A DNA stretch of 64,000 nt from Phoronis australis (lineage: Eukaryota; Animalia; Phoronida), in the NCBI GenBank assembly GCA_002633005.1, contig NMRA01000108.1, positions 477,006 to 541,005 of the forward strand, read 5' to 3'. Each line of letters begins with the position of its first letter. The first letter of the stretch is position 1. This document shows positions 11,301 to 22,800 of this stretch, in pieces. Position numbers and translations under genes: made by a program. The notes under the pieces were generated by a model, which saw only the letters and a program-made list of their open reading frames with translations, had not been told where the DNA came from and searched no databases.

Positions 11301-13524
11301 AAAGGAGAAAAACAAGTTTCAGATCCCAAAGGGTACTGTCTACCACCATAGGTAAGAATGACAATTTTTTAATGTCGACTGCCTCCAGAGCTCAGACAAC
11401 TTAACGCAATATTTTAACTTACACATCATCGTGGAACAATGCCCAGGTCTTTGACAAGGAATGTTTTCAACAAGTTACAGGCAATAATTTGACGGTCTGA
11501 ATTCAGTGCTTCGTGGCAAACTACAGATGGATATACTAATACAGTGCTTGCCGATAGTTCAGAAATGATCAATTTTTGAAGTTGGTACACGCCTAAACAA
11601 GATTTTAAATCTCAGCCTCCTCTTTTCACAAAAGTAGGCCTATTCTGCATCCACAGCTGTCAAGACTATGTCCCTCATAATATTGTTAAAGCTGAACATA
11701 GGAGCCCCATTAAAATCCTTTTGGAACAGCACTTGCCGTCCACTATGGAAAGTTGTTACATTTTACGAAATTGTTACATTTTAGGGTGTATCAGTGCTCT
11801 CCTTGGTAGATCAATGCATCAAATTTCATGAAGATCTACCGTAATTGTTCGGGTTAGCGCCCTGGGCGGTTAAAAAAAAACAAAACTGCCACTAGGAGGT
11901 GCCTCAGTAGTGCAAATCATCTGAAAATCATCGTCAATCGTCCTTTACATAGTAAGCATATACATGCCAATTTTCACAATCATCCTTAGAGCGGTTTNCT
12001 ACCAAGGAAATATCCTCCAACAATTCTGATTGAACAAGGCAGATTTTGTCCAGCGCAGACAGCATTCTGTGATAGGTTACAAGGTTGGGAAATGCATCTG
12101 CCCTCCACTTCACACGAGACGAGTCTTTAGAAAGTAAACTTTTCAACGACCCTATGTCTTCCTTAGGCCATACTAAATTGGCTTTGACTATCATACCTGC
12201 AGAATAAGACAGACCAGTAATAAACTGACAACATTTAAAGCTGTTATACACCAGCCCTTTACAACAAAGAAATTTAGTCTACGAACTTTTTATTTATACA
12301 CTAAATATACACTATATGCCGAAGAAGACAAATGGCATATCATTTCGCGCCACGATGGTCAAGTTCAGGAAAAATTGACGCAATTAGAAGACAGGACCGT
12401 CAGAAAACCAGCAGTCTTGCTCTCCTCAATAGGAACTACATAGTACACCAGTACCCAACCAAAACATCGCCATCCCCAGCCAGCTTCACAAGAAGTCAGC
12501 TACCAAATTACACGAAGACCCTGAAAGGGTTTAGGTGATAAAGCACAGACTAACACTCAGGCAAAGATAACAGCAATAAGCACCGATGTGTTACGTTTAT
12601 GTGGACCCACAAAAAGGTAATCAAATTGGCTTGGCATTAGGGTTGTCCGAACAGTTACATTAGTCTGAAAGTTAACTGCTGGTCTAAAATGACAAAAAGA
12701 CAAAAGATCAAGTTCTGTTGGAACAACAAATATTAGGAATAATAAGCCAGTCGAGATTGATGGCTAGCAATTAAATTCTAGGTCACTTAATTTTTCGGTA
12801 AGCTATTTTAACAAGTAAATAAAAACAACAACGGATTTAAGCCACAGGTTGTCATTGTTAGTCTAGTTTACTGTTACTTCCTGTAACTGACTGTCTATGT
12901 TTTATTACTTGTTGTTGGCCTGGCAAGGTGGCCATTGTTTTTTTTCTTCTGATGACGGTGTTTCAATAAATGCCAAAACATGTCAAGCAAGATTAAATCC
13001 GTTGTTTTTCTTAATAAACGTAAGCTACTGTTATAAATTGTGACATAAAGTTTGGACTAAAATCAGACCACACTGCAAGGTTTGGCTGAACGTCAAAAAA
13101 TGCTATCCAAAAATCCCAATCTTTCCACTGAGTTAACTGTAATCAATAAAACAAACCAAATTTCGGCAAAATAAACAGAATAGCAAACAATATCTTTTTT
13201 ATTAATTACCAGTAATATCTTCAACTGCAACAAAATATGTAGGATCATAGACCATCTTGTCATCCTGAACCAAGGTCAAGGCTATTCCATCTGTGAGTTT
13301 AAAAGGCTGTCTAGATCCCTCAATGTTGATATGAACATCAACATTGGCACTACCAACTTCTTCACTGATGAACACGCCACAAAGGACATACTTGTCACTG
13401 GTGACAGCAGATAGTTTAATCTGGCGAATCTCCTCTACTATCTCCATCGTGATGAGTGATGTCCAGTGGTAGTGGTATTTTTTACAGCCATTTCTAAAGG
13501 CATTGTTGTGCAAAGGAACAATAC
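5337..13524 (-). CDS. UPF1/DNA2-NAM7-like superfamily 1 helicase domain (AAA_11/AAA_12)
   Basis: Motifs: stalk YHYHWTSLITME, FPNLVTYHRMLSAL, Ia VLVVAETNEGVKNL, II VLVDEAVQAIEP, III LIGDDMQLPP, SLFERL, LDTQYRMHPLI, IGVISPYKAQ, V TVDGFQGQERD, VI RRMNVALTRAKRGL. Walker A is not present in the assembly. Confidence 0.95.
6070..6382 (-). mobile_element. tRNA-derived SINE-like element
   Basis: The minus-strand head GGTGGCAGTGTGGTCTAGTGGGTTGAG...GTAGGCTCGAATCCCAC has Pol III A-box-like and B-box-like motifs. A second copy lies at ~690-945. Confidence 0.6.
6523..6985. repeat. Minisatellite, about 7 copies of a ~56-72 bp unit containing a helicase splice acceptor and the start of the exon
   Basis: The unit TCCACCTCTGATTGGTTGAACTTTGAGGAGCCTTTTGACCTTTCTTCATTCTATAAA recurs near 6523, 6595, 6662, 6717, 6784, 6853 and 6925. 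Confidence 0.95.
7462..9128. repeat. Near-identical 833-bp tandem duplication around a single n (probable haplotype/assembly duplication) containing the QYRMHP helicase exon twice
   Basis: 7462-8293 matches 8295-9128, with n at 8294 and only scattered SNPs/indels. Exon copies are at 7564-7756 and 8397-8589. Confidence 0.9.
10671..11793. mobile_element. Non-autonomous TIR element with TTGTTACATTT subterminal repeats
   Basis: The left end ...TAAAATGTAACAA is inverted relative to the right end TTGTTACATTTTA. TTGTTACATT is repeated at 10690-10800 and 11750-11785. Confidence 0.5.
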
Positions 13525-13596
13525 CTGAAAATCAAAAGACACTGTGATATCAACTTAGTTGAAGAGGCATACTCTATCATCATTACAAAGTTAGGA

Positions 13597-14418
13597 AACA
13601 AGAGCAACGTGGATCGTTTAAATGTGCCCAAGACTACACTGTGGGTTGGTTGACAGAGAAGCGGATGCCAAACAGACTGGAAAACAATAAAAACGACCAG
13701 TAGGTGGCGCAAAATATGATAAATCCATACGAGAACAGGAATGTGTTATCATTTCAGTAGGAAGCTATTTTATCAAATTTCATAAAAATCAGTCACGCAG
13801 CTTCAGAGAAACTGCATGAGGAAAACGAAAAAAATGAAATCGCCACTAGGGGACGCTAAGTGTTTTGTCAGATCTGCCTGAAAGTTGTCCTTCTTCGTAG
13901 TCAACTTCACATAAATACACTATGCTAAATTTAAAGATCCCTTACAAGGTTTAGGAGATACAGGCTTGGGCTTTAAAAAATACCACTAGGAGACGTCAAT
14001 AGTTGAGGTCGTCAGAAAATCATCGTCAACGCTCCTCTTCCCATTAGGACCATCATGCCAATTTCCAATCATTCTTGGTTGACAGAGGGGTAAATGCCAA
14101 AAAAAACTCATTTACCATTAAAAATGGCCACTGGGTGACGCAAACTACCTCAAATCAAACTTAAAATGGGAGGATAGCGTCACTTCACTAAGAGATGCTT
14201 ATCTGCCAAATTTTATGAAAATCCATTGAGGACACCGTAGTCGATGAGGTTTGAAATTCGTCGCCATTTGTCCTCAGCTTCATAGAAACACATCTGCCGA
14301 ATCTCATCAAGATCCTGTGACGGAGTTTAGAAGATACAGCTGCAGATGGCGGATGCCGGGCGACAAACATCCAGACAGTAATGTGCACCCACATATGAAT
14401 ATTGTGGGTGCATAAAAA
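13597..14418 (+). mobile_element. Helentron-associated (HINE/DINE-like) non-autonomous element
   Basis: Starts AACAAGAGCAACG and ends in the hairpin GCACCCACA...TGTGGGTGC followed by ATAAAAAA. Internal GCCACTAGG motifs are shared with 30677-32176, ~11800-11997 and ~14450-15065. Confidence 0.6.
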
Positions 14419-15623
14419 ATGAAATGAATGAACTCCAAAGATATAAAGATACTAAAGAAAAATTTGTCATGAGGGAGCACAGCTGTAGTCAGATCAGTTC
14501 CGATACATTGATGCCAGCTATAAGGATCACACTAAATTGTCAAATTTCAAAAATCTTCCTCAAAGAGTTAAGAAGATTCCATTGAAAACACAAAAGCAAA
14601 ATCACCACTAAGAGACGACACTGTAGTCGTACCTGTCAGTAAATTGTGGCCTTCTTATAAGGAATACATCTGAACATTTTCATAATGATCTTTTGAACAA
14701 TTGGCAGATAAAGAAGCGGGTGCCATAAAATGGACTAAACATAACAAAACATGATCACAAGGGAGCACAAAAAACGCCACATCCAAATGGAACGGCATCG
14801 GTCTCTCCTTAATGAAAACCTATCCACCAACTTGAAGGAACTCCAAAGAACAGAGGCAAACGTAAACAATTAAAATTGCTATTAGGGGGCACAGCGGTTG
14901 TCAGATCAGTCTAAAATGTGTTGTCATTTGCCATTGGTTTGATAGGAATCTATATGTCTAATTTCAATAACATTCTGCAAGGGGTTCAGGAGATACAGCA
15001 ACGAATACCCATACAGAGATGACCACAATATGCACCTGCATAATTATAAATATGTGGGCCCACAAAGACCGTCGAATTATGTTTGTTTTCTGCCACATAA
15101 CTAAGGCAAGAACTCAATTGAAAAATTGGTGAGCAACAACAATAGAAAGTGATTATGTTGTACCCTACCAACTATTCCAAATGGCAGTCAAACAATATAG
15201 CGGTGTTCTGTTCAATTTAATGCACTTATTCAAACTTACTACATTTAAGAAAATTAAAACCTGAAGCTCCAGCCAAAGCCCAGTACAGCATCTGTGAATC
15301 AGTGTTTACTGAAGCAGTGTTTAACTGGCAATTTACCAGTTACAGCTCACGACTCTATGAAATTCCCAAAGAGAAATAGCAAGAGTAAGAACCAAGATGA
15401 CTGAATCTCTTAGACCGATACAGTAGAATAACATCATACTTAATATCTGTCCCTATTTACAGTCAAACGTTAGGTACACATTTTCAGTAAAAATATATCA
15501 TTTTGCCATAAAACTGGTAGCTCCCGCCCCAATGAATTTGCTTACACGGTAATATACTTTTGATTCTCTGCGCAAACGGGCTTTGGGTATTTGATAACTT
15601 CAGTGGGCCCAAAACTTACTAAC

Positions 15624-18600
15624 CGACATGAAGAAGTTGCAATAGATCCAACGCCACCAACTTGTCACAACTTGATGCAAAAATCAAATGTTGCAGTATT
15701 TCAGACAGCTGCATCGCAGTGAATCCTTCCTTCCATTTGGCCATGCCATCGCACAACCTATATGAAAGATTGCATAATCATGTAATATCAGTTGTCTGAG
15801 TTATATTAGTTTCAATTGCCAAAATGAGATAAAGGTTTAAATATTTAAGATAATTAAAATGTAAAATTTAAATCTGTTAAGCCATTAAATTTGATGCACA
15901 TGAAAATATATCAGTAATGGCTATTACAAAAACACAAAAAATGTCCTTCCAGAACAGGAGATCATAGTTTTGCTCCAAGTAAGACAATGAAAAACAATTT
16001 TGCAAAAATCATCATGACGAAAAATCTAGACCAAAGAAAATTCTTACGATATGTCATCCAAATAGCCGGAGATATGCAGAGATATGACTGAGGGAGCATG
16101 TCATGGTTTACAGTATAAGAATCTTTTCTGAGAGGATGAGTAAGTACCTTTCAATTTTAGCGGTGGAGGGGCAACTATCTAACAGAGTGGTCAAAATATC
16201 CTTGTATTCACTGCTGCATTGAAGATGTAAGTCATGTTGCCAAAGCAACTGCTCCATGACATCAGCACATTGGCCTTTCACCTACAAACAAAAAAGATGT
16301 TTTTACAAAACAGCCGCACCACTTTTTTCCGAAAGAGTCGTCTGAGTGCTCTTTTTGAATGCAAAGTCATTTTAGGAAAATTGATGTTTACCAAAACCCC
16401 AGAATACGTTGAGAGGTAGAGATGGATGTACACCTTGTAGCACAGTTTGTGTTACTGTCAAATTTAATTAATTAAACAATTATTCCTAAAAATTTACCTC
16501 AGGTTCTGTTTTGAAGACGTTGTAATCGTCCTAGATCAACAATGGTGACTTTTCCTTTCTCTTTTGTCAACAATTCTTTGGAAAGCTGATTAACCTTTTC
16601 CTCTGCAGTTATAAACCTCTTCAAACTTTCTTCGAGTTTGGGAAACTGGAGCTCATAATCATTCGGAACGCAATAAGCTGGGGTGTCAGGATTCCTTGTT
16701 GGGTTGGCCTCAGGTTCATCTTGCACATTCCTCTCATAAAGTAAACCTGAAGACATGTGGGGAGACGCATGTCGGAAGAAGATCTCCACCTCTATCACAT
16801 CTTCTCGCGCAAGTTTTACGTTATTTTGCGACTGTTTAAAGCCAGCCCCGTACTTGTTCATGGCTACGCTCATTCCGAGCATTTCATCATTTAAGTTCAT
16901 CATGCACAAGAAAGTGTCTGTGCGCTCATTCTTAAAAATTTGCATGCGTTCACCATCCAGCGAGATTTCATACCCATCCACAAGGTCTGTTGAAACATTG
17001 TGTGTTCCTTCTTTGTTATGAACTGCGGCAAACATTTTCACGGGAATTTTTGCCTTGTCCTCAACTCTCACAGTGTCTTTTAATTTTAGCTCGACAGCCA
17101 TACTGACAGCCACCACCCACTCTTCACCTCTCATCAGAATCTAAGAGCAATGACATTGTTCAAAAGTGCATCATGAAACAAAACAAAGTTTAGTTTCCAG
17201 CAGCACAGCATAGCCACTAAAGACTTTTATCAAAAGGGCAGAATCATCCTCATTTCAAACATACCGTATCTTGTATTATTCCAACAAGATTTCCACTGTC
17301 ACAGTCCAACATATGGACTGTCAATGTTTTTCTCTGAGATTTTCACATCCAATTTGAATTCGAAAGAGGCTCCAAAATTCTGAATACAGTAGCTGCAACA
17401 TTTCATTACGGACAGAATCAGTCAAAACAATTTAATGTGTTCTTGGCTTTGGTGGTGAGCCTTTTAGGCAATCATTTCTATGCTCCAGCAAATCCTCAGG
17501 GGAGTGTGGATTTCTCCCACGTATTTCAGTAGTTCAAGTATTGTCATGGGTGGTACTCACTGGTGGTAACATTCCGGGTATTTGCCCTTCTTATAGATCG
17601 GTCATCATTTGATACATAATAATCTATGGTATGGTATCCATTTTTGTGCTGGCCAAAGTATTTTTAAATGTTAGTCTGAATTGTGAATGTTCAGCAACAT
17701 TGAAAAACCACCGTGACTGTGAGGAAAACAACCCACTTGGTTGTAACTTTTGTTCATCCGACTTTAAAGGTCTATTGCTAACAAGTAAAAATTGAGAAAT
17801 ATATACTTAATTCACTCCTTGCATATGATAAAAAGTCAAAATACATTTAAAGCCCTAGATAAGCGTGTGTGAGCCAATGCAAACACCAGTGGCCTGTTGC
17901 ATGAAACAGTCCCAAATAGGTACTCAACTAAGTTCCCCAACTCCTTTTCATAATTGTCTCGTTCTTTAGGCACAGATGTAATATTTTTTCTGTAATTTTA
18001 TCTTTATTATGAGCTCTTCTTTGACTAATGGCGTTTTCTAATAACATAACTAAAAACTGAGCTCTTAATTCCATCAAAACAATTACGGACTTAGTCCTTA
18101 AATTGGGGGCGTTGCATCAAAAGATCCCTACATATTTTCAAAAATATTGAGAATTCAATGCAGAGTTCACACTCGATTTGTATCAAACCCAAGAACTGAA
18201 TTGGAAATGAAACAAAAACAACAAAAGAAAGGACAATCAGTGATTTCACAAACCCGCAAATACTTAGTGGATCTAGAGAATTAGCCGAGTCCCTATTTGG
18301 GACTGTTTCATGCAACCGGGCACAGCAGTGGCGGATTTAGAGGAGGGCCAAGGGGGCCCCCCTTAAACTCAAAATCGTGGACAGTATAGCTACTAATGAA
18401 ATGGTTAAAAATTACATAATTTTCATTATAGTTGTTATGGTAGAGGGGGAGATACAGCAACAGATGCCCAACGGCCAGATGCCAGACAGAGATAACAGCA
18501 ATGTGCACTCACATAGTTATGTATGCACGGGCATCATAAGCGATAGGATAAGGCAATTGTATTTGAGAATGCACACAACTGTCAGCACCACACGCCAGGA

Positions 18601-19209
18601 AGAGTGCGCATTGTCTCTCAGCAGAAGGCTATGACAACAGAATGCGGAAATGTAAACTAACCTTGAAGACAACCAGTTTGTGACCATCAGTCGACAGGCA
18701 TTCATTGAATATGTTCCAAGAAAAGTTGTCTCTCGACCTTCGTGCATGAAGTTGCCAAGCATACACTTCATGTATGTCACCCTCAAGTTTCTTAATGTCT
18801 TCTGGAGCCAGTATTTCTGACCTACGCAAATCATTGAATACCACTCGACCATCTATACCCTTTACGCCCAAATCAACTGCAGCTCTCTTCCTTTGCATAC
18901 GTGTCATCCGGGTAAAAGCAATATTCTTAAGCAGTTTGTTTATGTCACCAGATGCAGCACTGATTTGTGACCACCAGCGAAAAAGGAAGCGAAATTTCTG
19001 GTATTCTGAGGTGCAAGCATCCGTATCTTGAAGAAAATCGGCCATATCGCTCTCAGAGAATATGAGATCACTCTCAAAGTGGTCCGACCATTTCTTAACA
19101 TCATCATCAAGAAATGTCTGAGCACGGCTAGTCATCTTTGTCCAAACAAACCCCTTTCCTTTTTCTTTAGGAGGGCTCTCCAAGGCTGGTGGTATTTCCA
19201 CCGTTTTAC
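15624..19209 (-). CDS. Linker exons of the fusion gene: BACK-like helical segment plus an uncharacterised beta-rich and helical region
   Basis: Exon 19209-18662 continues RdRP 'KTG|KTVEIPP' in phase and contains SEYQKFRFLFRWW...INKLLKNIAFTRM, a BACK-domain-like pattern. Exons 17140-16498, 16281-16148 and 15757-15624 follow with canonical splice sites. Confidence 0.7.
17890..18322. mobile_element. PIF/Harbinger-like MITE
   Basis: Imperfect TIR TGGCCTGTTGCATGAAACAGTCCCAAATAGG / CCTATTTGGGACTGTTTCATGCAACCGGGCA, flanked by the 3-bp direct repeat CAG. Confidence 0.7.
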
Positions 19210-19869
19210 CTGCAAAGTTGCAATCACAATGTGAGCTCAAATGCACAAACACTTTGCGAATTGTATACTATCCTACAAAATAACTCTTGTTGTAATGTTG
19301 AAACATGCAAGTAATGCATTATGTAAAAACTGTGCGCCTGTCAAGCCAACAAGTTTCAAGAAGAGTAATAAAGACAACGGACCAACTGTTTAATGGCTCT
19401 CAACACAAAGAAAGAATTAAGGGCAGTCTGCACAACAGTCGTGAAGCTGTGTGGCCATTGTAGCGTCAACCTGATAGAAGAATTTCTTAATCAACAAATT
19501 GGTCATTTTAATTTAATTTACCAGGAAAGCAGATTTTGTTTGCCCTGTCAGTCTAAGTGTTCACCCTGCTCATGTTTTCTTATTTTCAATCTGCCTTATA
19601 TCACATTTTAAATATAAACTCTAAGGGGCTCCATGGAATCACGCAATTGAATATCTGATACGAATCCTTGTGCAATTCTTTTCCGATGGCTTAACTATCT
19701 AATCTTTCCTTTTAATTGCCCATTTCAATTTTCCAAGTGTGTACAACCGAATCTAATCAAATCAACATTCACGAAAATCAATAAATCTCAGTACCAGTGA
19801 CCTAAAATAATAATTAATTCTGTCCTCCCATGTGCTCGCAAGCAGTAATTCAAGCATAAGCATACTCAC

Positions 19870-22800
19870 CAGTTTTGGCTGAATCGATGGCTACATTGAA
19901 TAAGTTAGCAATCATTTCGCACTCATTGGAGTCGATGCCTCTTATGTCTAACCACTTGTCAAACAAGCGGGACAACTTAGGCACGGTATGCTTATCAGTT
20001 TCGCAGAAATATTTGATCAAATCCTCTTTAGTTATTTCTGACTTTGGGGATATTTCAGCAGCTGTAAAATACCATTAAATAATCGAATAACAATGGCTTC
20101 TACCTAAACTTTAAAATTCATATTAATGCAGACTTTGAACAATAAAGAATGAAATATGTTCTTTTTTCAGTACATTTTGGTACTAAAACGGAGTGGAAAC
20201 AATTCCATGGCGACTCCACCTCAACTGTAGTTACGATCACCTCAACTCTAGTCCTGGACTAGCAAACCTACATTACAAATCACAGGCCTGAGCTCCTAAG
20301 CTCCAAATCAGCTCTGAAAGTCCTCCATACCCACATTGCAAAAAATACATCAAATTCCAATCCCACACCTGAGTGCAGGTGAATAATCAGGTCCCTCAGG
20401 GTATGGATTTTGGTAATAGGGTATGGAATATGTTTGACCCCTGTGGAGTTCAGGAACACAGGCACGGAATTTTAACATGGATTTGTTGTTTACTTGCCCT
20501 GAACCATGGCTTAGGGGAACAAAGTAGGAATTTAGAGGATGAATAGTTTCTACTCCCTGGGAAATACAAATCCTATCTACAGCGGCATTAAAAACTGTGC
20601 TTTCATTCTGACAAAAAAGGTTTCATTTAGGCCACATTCAGCTTTGAAACTTGTCTCAAATTGTTCTTTAGTCAAATTGGAGATGATTTCAAGGCTTTGA
20701 AAATTAATGCTGTCAGAACATAATTCCTTCAGACCAAGCTCAGTTTCAGATTGTGTCGTGACATGAAAAGTTATGAACTCGTGGTCTGGTGAAATAACGG
20801 ACAGTCAGTTCTTCCTGAGCCAGAGATCTCAACAGAATAAGGAACACAATAACACCTGACAGTGTCCAATCTTATAGCGGTATTTTTTGATATGCTGAAT
20901 AAAAGTGCCCGTCAAGCCTCAAGAGCCTAACAATGCTGCAGGCTTCATGCAACAGATTATCACATTGTCTTGTTATGCAGCGGGCAACTCAGTTATATTC
21001 TTAAGTTGTATTCCTCAACTTTTCCCATGTAAACTCAAAAGTGCATGCAGGGCTCGACATAACGAGCTGCAGGTCGCATTTGCGACCTGAAATTTGGAAA
21101 TGCGAGCTGAGATTTTTGTCAGCTCGTATCAAGTCGCAAAATGCGACCTGGAATTTCCAACGAATGCGAGCTGAGTTTTTACACTTCTCAACAGATACCT
21201 GGCAAATACAAAGCAGCTCTTGTTAATCCGACCGTTATTTGGTNNNNNNNNNNNNNNNNNNNNNNNNNNNNNNNNNNNNNNNNNNNNNNNNNNNNNNNNN
21301 NNNNNNNNNNNNNNNNNNNNNNNNNNNNNNNNNNNNNNNNNNNNNNNNNNNNNNNNNNNNNNNNNNNNNNNNNNNNNNNNNNNNNNNNNNNNNNNNNNNN
21401 NNNNNNNNNNNNNNNNNNNNNNNNNNNNNNNNNNNNNNNNNNNNNNNNNNNNNNNNNNNNNNNNNNNNNNNNNNNNNNNNNNNNNNNNNNNNNNNNNNNN
21501 NNNNNNNNNNNNNNNNNNNNNNNNNNNNNNNNNNNNNNNNNNNNNNNNNNNNNNNNNNNNNNNNNNNNNNNNNNNNNNNNNNNNNNNNNNNNNNNNNNNN
21601 NNNNNNNNNNNNNNNNNNNNNNNNNNNNNNNNNNNNNNNNNNNNNNNNNNNNNNNNNNNNNNNNNNNNNNNNNNNNNNNNNNNNNNNNNNNNNNNNNNNN
21701 NNNNNNNNNNNNNNNNNNNNNNNNNNNNNNNNNNNNNNNNNNNNNNNNNNNNNNNNNNNNNNNNNNNNNNNNNNNNNNNNNNNNNNNNNNNNNNNNNNNN
21801 NNNNNNNNNNNNNNNNNNNNNNNNNNNNNNNNNNNNNNNNNNNNNNNNNNNNNNNNNNNNNNNNNNNNNNNNNNNNNNNNNNNNNNNNNNNNNNNNNNNN
21901 NNNNNNNNNNNNNNNNNNNNNNNNNNNNNNNNNNNNNNNNNNNNNNNNNNNNNNNNNNNTGAATAGTTTCTACTCCCTGGGAAATACAAATCCTATCTAC
22001 AGCGGCATTAAAAACTGTGCTTTCATTCTGACAAAAAAGGTTTCATTTAGGCCACATTCAGCTTTGAAACTTGTCTCAAATTGTTCTTTAGTCAAATTGG
22101 AGATGATTTCAAGGCTTTGAAAATTAATGCTGTCAGAACATATTCTTCAGACCAAGCTCAAAGTTTCAGATCGTGTCGTGACATGAAAAGTTATGAACTC
22201 GTGGTCTGGTGAAATAACGGACATTCAGTTCTTCCTGAGCCAGAGATCTCAACAAAATAAGGAACACAATAACACCTGACAGTGTCCAATTTTATAGCGG
22301 TATTTTTTGATATGCTGAATAAAATGCCCGTCAAGCCTCAAGAGCCTAACAATGCTGCAGGCTTCATGCAACAGATTATCACATTGTCTTGTTACGCAGC
22401 GGGCAACTCAGTTATATTCTTAAGTTGTATTCCTCAACTTTTCCCATGTAAACTCAAAAGTGCATGCCACCAACTCAGTCTCAATAAGTTAACAAATGCC
22501 AGACAAACCAGTGTAACATGTGAACTCGTTGACATAGTCACCATTATCCAATAGTTCATTGATTACAGGGTCAAAGAATTTAGTCTCTCTTGCTGATCAA
22601 GCAGACTTGTACTTTCGAGGGTTGACAATTAAGAGTTACCACGCACTATTTTGTTTTAAAATTTAGTGATCTGGTTGCAGATTATATTTGTTGGAACACT
22701 ATGACCGGTTTTAATATCACCCTTTCACGTTCATGAATTATTTTCAAAAATGCAATTTCAACCTTTTGTTTTTTGAAAGTTAACCATAACATTTGTTTTA

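Noticed and set aside
21129-22120. Long ORFs in the ORF track
   Set aside because: They are artefacts of translating through the N gap.
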